Shown here piece after piece: positions 35,323 to 44,241 of a stretch of DNA of 64,000 nt (the first letter of the stretch is position 1; every line of letters starts with the position of its first letter). The notes beneath the pieces are model-generated. The model ran no database searches. It saw nothing but the letters and a program-made list of their open reading frames with translations, and was not told the DNA's origin. Source of the stretch: Candidatus Limnocylindria bacterium (GTDB lineage: Bacteria; Chloroflexota; Limnocylindria; Limnocylindrales; CSP1-4); contig DATLDP010000065.1 of the NCBI GenBank assembly GCA_035525825.1, positions 4,885-68,884 of the forward strand, in the 5' to 3' direction. The position numbers and the translations under genes are program-made.

Positions 35323-35365
35323 TCGTCGCTACCCGGCCTGCTCGTGCTCCTTGGAGACGCTCGAC

Positions 35366-36364
35366 CTAGCTCGAGGCTCGGTTGGCGGTGGCCTTCGCGC
35401 TCAGGTCGGCGACGGAAGGCTCGCGAACCGCGGCCCCCACCGGCGTCGACTCGAGGAGCTCGCGAATGACCTGCGCGGGCTGGACGTCGTGGATGGACGA
35501 GCTGGTCTTGATGATCAGCCGGTGGGCGAGGGCCGACTCGGCCAGGGCCTTGATGTCGTCCGGGATCGCGTAGTCACGGCCGAGCAGCCCGGCGAGGGCC
35601 TGGCCGGCGCGATAGAGCGCGATGGACCCGCGGGGCGACGCGCCGAGGTAGATGTCGCCGTGGTCGCGGGTGCCGCCCACGAGCCGGACGATGTAGTCCG
35701 AGACCGTCGGGTCGACGTAGATCTCGCGCACCTGGCGCTGCATGTCCAGCAGCTCCTCCAGCGTGCAGACCTCCTCGAGCTCGTCGATCGGGTGCTTGCG
35801 CTTCTGCTCGTCGAGGATCACGACCTCCTCGACCGCCTGGGGGTAGCCGAGGCGGATCCGGAGCATGAACCGGTCCAGCTGGGCCTCGGGCAGGGCGAAC
35901 GTGCCCTCGTACTCGATCGGGTTCTGGGTCGCGATCACGAGGAACGGGTCCGGCATCATGTAGGTCGTCCCGTCGATCGTCGACTGGCGCTCCTCCATGC
36001 ACTCGAGGAGCGCGGACTGGGTCTTCGGCGTCGCGCGGTTGATCTCGTCGGCGAGGACCACCTGGGCCATGATCGGGCCGGGCCGGAACTCGAACTCATG
36101 GGTCTTCTGGTTGAAGATCGAGAGGCCGGTCACGTCGGACGGCAGCAGGTCCGGCGTGAACTGGATCCGCCGGAACGAGGAGCCGAGGCTCTTCGCGATC
36201 GCCTTTGCGAGCACGGTCTTGCCGGTCCCGGGGACATCCTCGATCAGGAGGTGGCCCTTGCACAGCAGCGCGACGAGGGCGAACCGCACCTCGTTGTGCT
36301 TGCCGACGATGACACGCTCGACGTTCGCGAGGACCCGGTCCCCGGCCTGCTGGATCATGCTCAT
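35366..36364 (-). CDS. MoxR-family AAA+ ATPase
   Basis: 332 aa with [39 protein letters not shown] and the [22 protein letters not shown] signature. Confidence 0.9.
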   Translation of the reverse strand: MSMIQQAGDRVLANVERVIVGKHNEVRFALVALLCKGHLLIEDVPGTGKTVLAKAIAKSLGSSFRRIQFTPDLLPSDVTGLSIFNQKTHEFEFRPGPIMAQVVLADEINRATPKTQSALLECMEERQSTIDGTTYMMPDPFLVIATQNPIEYEGTFALPEAQLDRFMLRIRLGYPQAVEEVVILDEQKRKHPIDELEEVCTLEELLDMQRQVREIYVDPTVSDYIVRLVGGTRDHGDIYLGASPRGSIALYRAGQALAGLLGRDYAIPDDIKALAESALAHRLIIKTSSSIHDVQPAQVIRELLESTPVGAAVREPSVADLSAKATANRASS

Positions 36365-36508
36365 GTGCTGGAGCCCCTCTCAACGAGCCGCGCGAATGCG
36401 GGAAGACGCGGCCCGGCCCTCGGTGGTGACACGGGATGGTACGCCCGGCCTACCAGAAGAGGTTCCCGCCAACGTCAGCCGGTGACATCGCTGTCGAGAA
36501 TGGCGTCT

Positions 36509-36772
36509 TCAGCCGCGGCGGAGGGTGCTGGCGGCGGCCCACAGCGTCATGAGCGCCCCGATCGAGGCCATGACCCCGAGGAACAGCTCGCCGGCGCCAA
36601 GTGCGGCGATCCCGATCGCGCCGAACAGCCCCGCGAAGACCAGGGCGATCGCGCCCAGCCCGATCCGCTCGACGAGCGGACGTTCCTGGTCCGTCGCGTC
36701 CGAACCGCCGGGCGACAGACCCTCGGCGGCCGGCGCAGCGGACGCGGCGGGCTCGGTGGCGTCGTCCGTCAC
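36509..36772 (-). CDS. Small two-TM membrane protein coupled to pbpA
   Basis: GTG36772 overlaps the pbpA stop (GTGA). The 87-aa product has an acidic/Ala-rich N-terminus, then IGLGAIALVFAGLFGAIGIAALG and LFLGVMASIGALMTLWAAA. Its size and topology recall CrgA-type proteins, but no motif-level match is claimed. Confidence 0.4.
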   Translation of the reverse strand: MTDDATEPAASAAPAAEGLSPGGSDATDQERPLVERIGLGAIALVFAGLFGAIGIAALGAGELFLGVMASIGALMTLWAAASTLRRG

Positions 36773-38343
36773 TGGTTCGCCCAGGTGCGCCAGGCGCGGA
36801 ACATGTCGCCGGCGATCGGCGAGGCCTTGACCGAGCCGCCACCGGAGTTCTCGACCATCACCGCGATCGCGACTTGGGGATCGTCGTACGGCGCGAAGCC
36901 GATGAACCACGAGTGCGGGCGGGTGCTCGGATCGAGCTCGGCGGTGCCTGACTTGCCGGCGACGGCGAGGTTCCGCACCGAGGCCCCGGCGGTGAAGATC
37001 CGGCCAATGTCGCCGCTGACCGCGAGCCGCATCGCCGCGCCGATCTCGTCGGCGACCCCGGACGCGACGACCCGGGACAGCACCTCCGGTGCGATGGTCG
37101 TGGAGCCGCCCTTGCCGGTCGCCTCGATCACCAGGTGCGGGCGCATCAGGTTGCCGTGGTTCGCGACGGTCGCGGCGACGAGCGCCATCTGGAGCGGCGT
37201 GACCAGCGTCTCGCCCTGGCCGTAGGCGGCATTCGCGAGCTCCACGCGATCGGAGAAGCCGCCGCCGGCGGCGCCATCGCCGTTCGTGACCTGCGAGGCC
37301 GCGGTCTGCAGGTCGAACGCGAGCGGCGACCCGAACCCGAGCTTTGCGGCCCAGTCGGCGAGCGCCTGCCCGCCGGTCCGCACGCCCGTTTCCGCGAACC
37401 AGATGTTGCACGAGGCCTCCACCGCCTCGGCGAACGCGAGGGGCGTGGAGCCCGTGCCGGAATGGTGGCCGTCGCGGACGCGGAAGCCATCGATCAGCCA
37501 GCCGGGCTTTTCGGACCCGGGCTGGTCCTCATAGGTCGTGTTCGGCCCGACGGCGCCGCTGCCCAGCGCCGCGATCGCGGTGACGATCTTGAAGACCGAG
37601 CCCGGCACATACCGGCCGAGCGTGGCCCGGGGCAGGAGGGGCTGGCGCTCCGCGGCGCGCAGGCGATCCATCGTCCGGGCGGCGGTCGCGGGGTTGGCGA
37701 CCGCGGACGCGTCGAAGGTCGGGGTCGAGGCGAGCGCCAGGATCTCGCCGTTGCGCGGATCGATCATCACGATGGCGCCGCGGTTGCTCCCGAGGGCATC
37801 CACGGCCGCCTGCTGCAGCTGCAGCGACAGGGTGGATCGGAGCGACTGCGGGTCCGAGGGATCCGCCCGGAACTTCCGGGTGAGCTCCCGGAGGGGGTCG
37901 GCCGAGATGACCCCGCTCAGCTGGGCGTTCCAGGCGTTCTCGAGCCCCGCGGTCCCGAACTGCCGCGACGAGTAGCCGATGACGTGCGAGACCGCATCGG
38001 AGGCATAGACCCGGTACGGCTCGCCGTTGTCGTCGCGCTTGTTCCAGGCGAGGCGCTCGCCGTCGCGATCGGTGATCTCGCCGCGGAGGACGTTCCGTGC
38101 CGCGGCGATGACCGCGGCGTCATCGCCCGAGGTGCTGAGGTTCGCGGACTCGATGACCTGCCAGTAGCCGGCCCCGAGCGCGAGGCTGCCGAACGCGAAG
38201 GCGAGCACGAGCGACACCCGCCCGAGCGCAGCCCCGATCCCGATCCGCCGGCCGGCCCACTCCGGCGAGATCCCGGGTCGCCGGGCGTGGCTCGGGGGGC
38301 CGCCCCCTTCGGACCATGCGCCGCCAACTCGCTCGTGGGTCAT
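36769..38343 (-). CDS. pbpA: Penicillin-binding protein 2 / PbpA-type transpeptidase
   Basis: 524 aa with an N-terminal TM anchor and the motifs SxxK (PGSVFKIVT), SxN (ASCN) and KSG (AGKSGTAE). It shares 1 nt (TGATG) with the rodA stop. Confidence 0.85.
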   Translation of the reverse strand: MTHERVGGAWSEGGGPPSHARRPGISPEWAGRRIGIGAALGRVSLVLAFAFGSLALGAGYWQVIESANLSTSGDDAAVIAAARNVLRGEITDRDGERLAWNKRDDNGEPYRVYASDAVSHVIGYSSRQFGTAGLENAWNAQLSGVISADPLRELTRKFRADPSDPQSLRSTLSLQLQQAAVDALGSNRGAIVMIDPRNGEILALASTPTFDASAVANPATAARTMDRLRAAERQPLLPRATLGRYVPGSVFKIVTAIAALGSGAVGPNTTYEDQPGSEKPGWLIDGFRVRDGHHSGTGSTPLAFAEAVEASCNIWFAETGVRTGGQALADWAAKLGFGSPLAFDLQTAASQVTNGDGAAGGGFSDRVELANAAYGQGETLVTPLQMALVAATVANHGNLMRPHLVIEATGKGGSTTIAPEVLSRVVASGVADEIGAAMRLAVSGDIGRIFTAGASVRNLAVAGKSGTAELDPSTRPHSWFIGFAPYDDPQVAIAVMVENSGGGSVKASPIAGDMFRAWRTWANQ

Positions 38344-39806
38344 CAGGCGGCTCCCCGATCCAGCAGTCGCCGGACGCGGCCCTGCCGGCGCGGCGGCGGC
38401 AGCGGCTCGCGCGTCTGCACCGACAGCGCGATGAGCAGCCCCACGATCACGGAGTTGGCGAGCAGCGAGGAGCCGCCATAGCTGACGAAAGGCAGCGTGA
38501 TCCCGGTCAGCGGGATCAGCTTCAGGTTGCCGGCCGCGATGATGAACGCCTGGACGCCGATCACCAGCGAAAGGCCGGCGGCGAGGATCGCGCGGAACTC
38601 GTCCTGGGCGGCGGAGGCGATCCGCAGGCCCCGGTGGACCAGCACGAGGTAGAGCCCGAGGATGGCCAGGATCCCCACCAGGCCCAGCTCCTCCCCGAGC
38701 GCCGCGAACGGGAAGTCCGTGTGGAGCGCCGGAATCGGCGGCCGGCCGGCGATCGTCGGCAGGCCGCCACCGAGGCCTGTCCCGATCAGCCCGCCGCGGG
38801 CGAAGGCGTGGAGCGCCTGGACGATCTGGTAGCCCGAGCCGGACGGGTCGGCGAACGGATCCAGCCAGATATCGACGCGGGTCCGGACGTGGTCGAACAG
38901 GAAATAGAGGACCGTGGCGCCGGCGACGAACGCGGCGAGCCCGAGGACCACGAAGCTGACCCGCGCCGTCGAGACATACAGCAGGAGCAGGAATACGGCG
39001 AAGAACAGCAGCGCGGCCCCGAGGTCACGCTGCACGATCACGATGCCGAGGGCGATCGTCCACATCGCGACCATGGGCGCGAGGTACGGCAGCGGCGGCA
39101 GCCGGAACGGCCCGATCCGGGTCGATTCCTCGACGAGGAGCCGGCGATTCTCCGAGAGGTAGCCGGCGAGGAACACGACGAGGATGACCTTCAGGAGCTC
39201 CGAGGGCTGGCCGCTGATCGGCCCGATCGAAAGCGTCAGGCGGGCGCCGTTCACGTCCCGGCCGAAGAGGAAGGTCAGCAGCAGCAGCCCGACGCCCATC
39301 GCCGCCCAGGTGTACTTGTAGCGCCGCAGCCAGACGTCGTTCCGGACTGCGACGGCAAGGACCGTGACGATCGCCAGCCCGATGACGAGCCAGACGAGCT
39401 GGGTCTGCGCCAGGCCCCCGAGGTTGCCGGCGAGGTCCTGGGGCAGCCGCTGCATCAGGAGCAGGCCGATCCCGCCGAGGAGCCCGCTGACCGGGAGGAG
39501 GATCTGGTCGGTTCGCCGGCCGGCGAGCACGAACGCGACGTGCGCCGCGAACAGCGCCCCGAGATACACGAGCAGCAGGCCCGAGTCCGCCGGCGACAGC
39601 AGGTCGAAGCCGGCGGCCTCCTCGAGCTGGGCCTCGCGGAAGCGCTGCGTCGCCCCGAGGGAGACGCTGCCCACGTAAAGGGCCACGGCCACGACCCCCA
39701 GCAGCGACAGCTCGCGACCGCGGAAGCGCGGGATGACGCGCAACCGTCGCGGCTCCCGCCCCACGACGCGCAGGCCGCGCGGCGCGGGCGCCACGGTCAT
39801 GGTCAC
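38343..39806 (-). CDS. rodA: FtsW/RodA/SpoVE-family SEDS glycosyltransferase
   Basis: 487 aa, polytopic, with the conserved LQPSELLKV-like (GQPSELLKVILVVFLA) and TDFPFAALGEELG segments. ATG39806 overlaps the fhaB stop (ATGA). Confidence 0.9.
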   Translation of the reverse strand: MTMTVAPAPRGLRVVGREPRRLRVIPRFRGRELSLLGVVAVALYVGSVSLGATQRFREAQLEEAAGFDLLSPADSGLLLVYLGALFAAHVAFVLAGRRTDQILLPVSGLLGGIGLLLMQRLPQDLAGNLGGLAQTQLVWLVIGLAIVTVLAVAVRNDVWLRRYKYTWAAMGVGLLLLTFLFGRDVNGARLTLSIGPISGQPSELLKVILVVFLAGYLSENRRLLVEESTRIGPFRLPPLPYLAPMVAMWTIALGIVIVQRDLGAALLFFAVFLLLLYVSTARVSFVVLGLAAFVAGATVLYFLFDHVRTRVDIWLDPFADPSGSGYQIVQALHAFARGGLIGTGLGGGLPTIAGRPPIPALHTDFPFAALGEELGLVGILAILGLYLVLVHRGLRIASAAQDEFRAILAAGLSLVIGVQAFIIAAGNLKLIPLTGITLPFVSYGGSSLLANSVIVGLLIALSVQTREPLPPPRRQGRVRRLLDRGAA

Positions 39807-40243
39807 GTCGCCCGGGCGCGGTCGAGACGGAGACGGACCTGGCCGATCTGGACCTCGTCACCGAACGCGATCGGCGAGAGCCCGTCCACCTGGCTGCCGT
39901 TCACGAACGTCCCGTTCGTGGATCCAAGATCCTCCACGTACCAGGCCCGGCCGCGGTAGGTCAGCGCCGCGTGCGTCGCCGAGACGAACTCGTCATCGAG
40001 CACGATGGAGTTGTTGACGTCGCGCCCGAGCGACGTGATGGCATCGAGCGCGAACGTGGCGCCGGAAGCCGGCTCGCCCGACGGCGAGGCGATGACGACG
40101 AGCCGCCCGAGCTCCGCGGTCGGCTCCCGCGCGGCCGCCCGGAGATCCCGCACGAGTGCTCGGACGACGAACCACAGGAACCCGTAGAGCATCGCGAGGA
40201 AGAGCAGGCGCAGGACCCAGATCGCGACGACGGCGGCATCCAT
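39803..40243 (-). CDS. fhaB: Membrane-anchored FHA-domain protein (FhaB/FipA-like)
   Basis: 146 aa with an N-terminal TM helix (VVAIWVLRLLFLAMLYGFLWFVV) and a C-terminal FHA domain (LGRDVNNSIVLDDEFVSATHAAL...YVEDLGSTNGTFVNG). Confidence 0.8.
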   Translation of the reverse strand: MDAAVVAIWVLRLLFLAMLYGFLWFVVRALVRDLRAAAREPTAELGRLVVIASPSGEPASGATFALDAITSLGRDVNNSIVLDDEFVSATHAALTYRGRAWYVEDLGSTNGTFVNGSQVDGLSPIAFGDEVQIGQVRLRLDRARAT

Positions 40244-40256
40244 GGGGTGTCCGCGG

Positions 40257-41030
40257 CTACCGGCGCGCGCCGGCCTCGGCGGTCATCGTCACGTCGGCGG
40301 GCTCGATGACGAGGCTGGTCTCGCCGATCTGGATCGTGTCGCCGGCGCCGAGCACGACCTCGGTGATGCGATGGCCGTTGACCCGGGTCCCATTCGTCGA
40401 CCCGAGGTCCGTCAGGACGAGCACCCCATCCCTGGCCATGAGGCGGGCGTGGCGTCGCGACGCCTTGCCGTCGCGAAGCGAAAGCTCGCACTCCGAGGCC
40501 CGCCCGATCCGGATCGGCGCCCCGGTCAGCGGCACGCGACGGGCGGGCAGGCCGGGCTCGCGGACCTCGACGAGCGCCGCCGGGCCGCGCACGACCGGCA
40601 CCTCGAACACGCGCGTCCCGCCGTCGACCTGGTCTCCCGGCGCGACGGGCGCGGGGGCGTCCGGCTCAGGGGAGAACCGCGTTGCGACCTCGACCTCGCC
40701 CGGGCGCAGGTCGGGATCCGGCAGCAGCGTCACCCGCGGCCGGTCGCGGAGGGCGTATCCGTGGTCGCGGGCGAAGCTGAGGGCGCCGGACGCGAGCTCG
40801 CTCGCGAGCTCATCGGCGGGGAGCAGTGCCGCGAGGTCGGTCGGATGGAGCCGGACCTGGAACTGGTCCGGGACGAGTCCTCGGCGGCCGTCGGAGCCGC
40901 GCTCGGCCTCCATCGCGCGCTCGATCCGTCGCTGGACCTGGATCGGCTGCAACCGCGTGCGGAAGAGCCGAGCGCTGGGTCGTTCGACGAGGCGCTCGAA
41001 GAAGCGCTCCACGCGTGACATGGCCCGCAC
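40257..41030 (-). CDS. fhaA: FhaA-like protein (DUF3662 N-terminal domain + C-terminal FHA domain)
   Basis: 257 aa with VERFFERLVERPSARLFRTRLQPIQVQRRIERAM (DUF3662 pattern) and an FHA domain (IGRASECELSLRDGKASRRHARL...LTDLGSTNGTRVNG). It is much shorter than mycobacterial FhaA because it has no long linker. Confidence 0.8.
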   Translation of the reverse strand: MRAMSRVERFFERLVERPSARLFRTRLQPIQVQRRIERAMEAERGSDGRRGLVPDQFQVRLHPTDLAALLPADELASELASGALSFARDHGYALRDRPRVTLLPDPDLRPGEVEVATRFSPEPDAPAPVAPGDQVDGGTRVFEVPVVRGPAALVEVREPGLPARRVPLTGAPIRIGRASECELSLRDGKASRRHARLMARDGVLVLTDLGSTNGTRVNGHRITEVVLGAGDTIQIGETSLVIEPADVTMTAEAGARR

Positions 41031-41043
41031 GGCAGCGAGACTA
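41028..41043 (-). promoter_or_regulatory. Candidate leaderless promoter/start of fhaA (TAGTCT-7 nt-GTG)
   Basis: The minus strand reads ctgcTAGTCTcgctgccGTGcgggccATG. The -10-like hexamer is the revcomp of 41038-41043, and GTG is at 41030. No SD is present. Confidence 0.4.
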
Positions 41044-41193
41044 GCAGAGGGTCCCGGTTCGACCGTCCGCCACGGCCATCAGTACCGCTGGCCCTCGACG
41101 GCGGTACCAGCGGCGCAAATGAGCGACGTTGGGCGGCCGGTATGATCTCCACGGATCGTGTCGGAGGCGACGGGATCCGTAGACGGGGAGCCG

Positions 41194-43053
41194 ATGACCG
41201 AGATCCTGACCGAATCCTTCTGCGAACGGTGTGGCACGCGCTACACGTTCGAGCCCGTGGGGGGCCGGCGGAAGCCGTTCAAGAAGATCGGCACGCTCGG
41301 GCGAGGGATCAAGCACTTCGTCGCGGACTCGGAGAAGACGCTCGACGAGGCCTTCGCGGTCGCCCGCTCCGAGCAGGAGCAGCGTTCCACGGCCCACGCC
41401 CTCGAGGCCTTCCACCGGACGTTCAACTTCTGCCTGTCGTGCCGCCAGTACACCTGCTCGGACTGCTGGAACACGGTCGAGGGTCGCTGCCTGACGTGCG
41501 CGCCCACCGCCGAGGCTGCGCCGCCCGCGACGCGGACCGACACCGCGGTCGCGCTGGGCCCGTTCGACCTGTCCCTGTCGCCTGGGTCCATGGCTTCCGG
41601 CGGCAACGGCGTCGACGCGATGGATCTCGAGGCCGTGCGAGCGGAGGCCCGCGCCGCAGCGGCCGCCGCCGAGGCAGAGGCCGAGGCCCGGGCCGTCGCC
41701 GAAGCCGAGACAGAAGCGGCGCGCATCGCCGCCGAAGCGGAGGCAAAAGCCGCGCGCGTCGCCGCGGAAGCGGAGGCAGAAGCTGCGCGGGTGGCGGCGG
41801 AGGCGGAGGCAGCGCGAATCGCCGCGGAAGCCGAGGCCGCGCGAATTGCGGCCGAGGCGGAGCGAGCCCGGCTGCAGGCGGAGCGCGAGGCCGTGCGGAT
41901 CGCCGCGGAGCAGGAGGCGGCGCGACTTGCCGCCGAGGCCGAAGCGGCACGGATTGCCGCGGACCAGGAGCGAGCGCGGCTCGACGCGGAGGCCGAAGCA
42001 GCCCGAATCGCCGCCGAAGAGGAACGCTCCCGGCTGGCTGCCGAGGAATCAGCCCGCGCCGCGGCCGCCGAGGAAGCCCGACGCGCCGCGGAGGCAGCCG
42101 CACGGCTTGCCGCCGAGGCAGAAGCGAGGGCAGCCGCGGTCGCCGCCGCAGAGGCCGAAGCTCGCGCCGCCGCCGAGGAAGAAGCCCGACGGGCCGCCGA
42201 GGCAGCCCGAATCGCGGCCGAGGAGGAGGCTCGCCGCCAGGCCGCAGCCGACGCGGCCCGGATCGCCGCCGAGCAGGAGGCCCGGCGTGCCGCGGAGGCG
42301 GAGGCGGCTCGCGTCGCTGCGCAGGCCGAGGCGGCCCGGAGGCGCGAGGCGGAGGAAGCCCGGCTTGCGGCCGAGGCGGAGGCCCGCGCCGCGGCCCAGG
42401 AAGCCGCGCGCCTCGAGGCGGAGGCAGCCGCCCGGCAGGCCGCGGAAGCCGACGCGGCCCGCATCGCTGCCCAGGAGCAGGCTCGACTCGCGGCGGCTGC
42501 CGAGGCTGCCCGACTTGCCGCCGAGGCCGAATCGGCGCGACTGGCCGCCGAGGAAGCGGCGCGACGCGCTGCCGAGGAGGAAGCTCGCGTCGCCGCGGCC
42601 GCCGAGGCCGAGCGAGCGGCCGCGGAAGCGGAGGCGGAGGCAACCCGGATCGCGACGCAGCAGGCTGCCGATGCAGCGGCCGCGGCCAAGCTGGAGTTCG
42701 AGCCCGGCCTCAACCTCGACGACGAGATCGCGGCCTACGAGCGGAGCGTGTCCGCGGCCCCGGCAGGTCCAGGCGCCGAGCCCATTCCCACCGCGATCGG
42801 CCAGGCCTTGCCGGCGGCCGTGGTCGACACCAGCCTGGCGTGGCCGGAGCCCACGGTGACCGCTGCGGCCATCGAGCCGAGCTGGCCCGAGGCCGCACCG
42901 GGTCGCTCGGTCGGCGCGCACCTGCCGGCTGCCGACCAGCCCGTCGCTCCGCTGGCGGCGCGGGCGTGCCCGTCGTGCGGGTTGACGCTCTCCGCCAGCG
43001 CCCGGTTCTGCCGGCGCTGCGGCACGGCCCAGCAGGTCGACGCGCCGCGCTGA
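41194..43053 (+). CDS. Zinc-ribbon protein with a central Ala/Glu/Arg repeat of about 350 residues and a C-terminal zinc ribbon
   Basis: The N-terminal Cys cluster is FCERCG...FNFCLSCRQYTCSDCWNTVEGRCLTCAP. The centre is nearly pure A/E/R with I/L/V every 8-9 residues. The C-terminus is CPSCGLTLSASARFCRRCG. The start is either ATG41194 (GGGGAG 3 nt upstream) or GTG41158 (TATGAT at 41141-41146 lies 11 nt upstream). Confidence 0.7.
   Translation: MTEILTESFCERCGTRYTFEPVGGRRKPFKKIGTLGRGIKHFVADSEKTLDEAFAVARSEQEQRSTAHALEAFHRTFNFCLSCRQYTCSDCWNTVEGRCLTCAPTAEAAPPATRTDTAVALGPFDLSLSPGSMASGGNGVDAMDLEAVRAEARAAAAAAEAEAEARAVAEAETEAARIAAEAEAKAARVAAEAEAEAARVAAEAEAARIAAEAEAARIAAEAERARLQAEREAVRIAAEQEAARLAAEAEAARIAADQERARLDAEAEAARIAAEEERSRLAAEESARAAAAEEARRAAEAAARLAAEAEARAAAVAAAEAEARAAAEEEARRAAEAARIAAEEEARRQAAADAARIAAEQEARRAAEAEAARVAAQAEAARRREAEEARLAAEAEARAAAQEAARLEAEAAARQAAEADAARIAAQEQARLAAAAEAARLAAEAESARLAAEEAARRAAEEEARVAAAAEAERAAAEAEAEATRIATQQAADAAAAAKLEFEPGLNLDDEIAAYERSVSAAPAGPGAEPIPTAIGQALPAAVVDTSLAWPEPTVTAAAIEPSWPEAAPGRSVGAHLPAADQPVAPLAARACPSCGLTLSASARFCRRCGTAQQVDAPR
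41632..42690 (+). repeat. Coding degenerate tandem repeat (27-nt / 9-aa register, most regular at 41719-42052)
   Basis: Two 33-nt units are followed by about ten 27-nt units (gcg cgN atc/ctg gcc gcN gaa/gag gcN gag gcN). These encode AR[ILV]AAE(A/Q/E)E(A/R). Later units loosen to spacings of 8, 9, 16 and 17 residues. All six frames are open across this region. Confidence 0.8.
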
Positions 43054-43098
43054 GCCGCCTCCCGGCGCGGCCGCCGGACAACCACCCTTCCGGGTCCC

Positions 43099-43926
43099 TC
43101 AGACGTGGATCTCCTTCGCCCCCGACGGCCTGACCCGGTCCGCTCGATCGCGGACCCACGCGACCCCGAGCAGCAGCGCCTGGAACGACAGCGCGAGCCA
43201 GGCGAGTGCCGCGAACGCGGTCGCAAGCGTGCCCAGCAACGCCGCCGACCCGATCAGCCGGGGCGCAAGGAAGGCGAAGATCCGGGCCACGATCGTCAAT
43301 GCCAGCCCCGCCCCGATCCCCGGGAGCACCACGGCTCGCCACGGCGGCGACGGCACCGGGACGATCCGGTAGACGAGGATCGTCGCCCCGACCGTGGCGA
43401 CGACCGGCAGGAGCCCGAGGGCGATCGAGATCGCGCCGCCGACGAACGGGAAGGCGCCGACCGAGGCGCCCGCCTCCAGGAACTCGAGGACCCCTGAGAG
43501 CATCGTCGAGAGGAAGATCGCGACGATCATCAGGACCACGGCGGCGACGGCGCCGGCGTTGCTCGCGAACAGCCCGCGTCGCTTCTCGCCTCCCATCACC
43601 CGCGCGATGGCGTCCTGGAAGGCAACGGCAAAGCGGCTCGTCCCCCACAGCAGGGCGACGGCGCCCAGGATCGACACCGGCGCGGCGTCCCGGGCTGCCT
43701 CTGAGAGGACGACGTCGATCAGGTCGCGCAGCGGCGGCAGCACGTCCGCAAGGACATCGACCACGCGGGCCCGTTCGGCGGGATCGCCGACCACGAGGCC
43801 GACCGCGCCCGCGAGCAGGAGGACCGCCGGCACGATCGCGAAGAGCGCCGCATAGGCCAGGCCCCCGGCGAGGAGACCGCCCCCGGCCGCGCCGTAGCAA
43901 TCCAGGATCCGGCGACCGGCAGCCAC
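43099..43926 (-). CDS. YihY/BrkB-family membrane protein
   Basis: 275 aa, polytopic. It has LAGGLAYAALFAIVPAVLLL, LLWGTSRFAVAFQDAIARV and the ILVYRIVP family pattern. Confidence 0.8.
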   Translation of the reverse strand: MAAGRRILDCYGAAGGGLLAGGLAYAALFAIVPAVLLLAGAVGLVVGDPAERARVVDVLADVLPPLRDLIDVVLSEAARDAAPVSILGAVALLWGTSRFAVAFQDAIARVMGGEKRRGLFASNAGAVAAVVLMIVAIFLSTMLSGVLEFLEAGASVGAFPFVGGAISIALGLLPVVATVGATILVYRIVPVPSPPWRAVVLPGIGAGLALTIVARIFAFLAPRLIGSAALLGTLATAFAALAWLALSFQALLLGVAWVRDRADRVRPSGAKEIHV

Positions 43927-43997
43927 CGCGGGTTGGGCCAGCGCGCGGTCGGCACGGGCGCGGAGCCACCCGAACCGATCGGGCGGCTGGGGTTCGG

Positions 43998-44240
43998 TCA
44001 GTCCCGGAGCTCCTCGAACAGGCCCGGCTGGAGGTCGGAGGCGCGAACCCGTCGCGGCGGGGCGATCAGCGCCTTGATCTCGCCGCGACGCACGAACCGC
44101 CGGCCGCCGAGCTTGATGCTCTGGACCTTGCCCGCCCGCGCCCAGCCGCCGATGGTGGCCGGTCGGAACCGGACATTCGCCGCCGAGAGGATCTCCGCGG
44201 CCTCCTCGAGGTTGATCCAGTCGCTGGCCGAGGGGGGCAT
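43998..44240 (-). CDS. Small excisionase/MerR-type HTH DNA-binding protein (BldC-like)
   Basis: ATG44240 lies 1 nt after the FmdB stop. The 80-aa product reads INLEEAAEILSAANVRFRPATIGGWARAGKVQSIKLGGRRFVRRGEIKALI, matching the HTH_17/BldC layout. Only the last 80 codons of track ORF 43998-44474 are used. Confidence 0.6.
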   Translation of the reverse strand: MPPSASDWINLEEAAEILSAANVRFRPATIGGWARAGKVQSIKLGGRRFVRRGEIKALIAPPRRVRASDLQPGLFEELRD

Positions 44241-44241
44241 G

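Noticed and set aside
41241-42921. Several long ORFs on both strands (490, 406, 337 and 290 aa) over the Ala/Glu/Arg repeat. I also considered a CRISPR-like or non-coding tandem array.
   Set aside because: GCN/GAR-type repeats keep every frame open. Only the 41194-43053 frame links the repeat to Cys-rich end domains and keeps an amphipathic periodicity. There are no unique spacers between identical repeats, so it is not a CRISPR array.
42710-43969. A 419-aa minus-strand ORF over the YihY locus.
   Set aside because: It is Arg/Pro/Gly-rich with no TM helices. The 275-aa frame (43099-43926) gives the polytopic YihY pattern.
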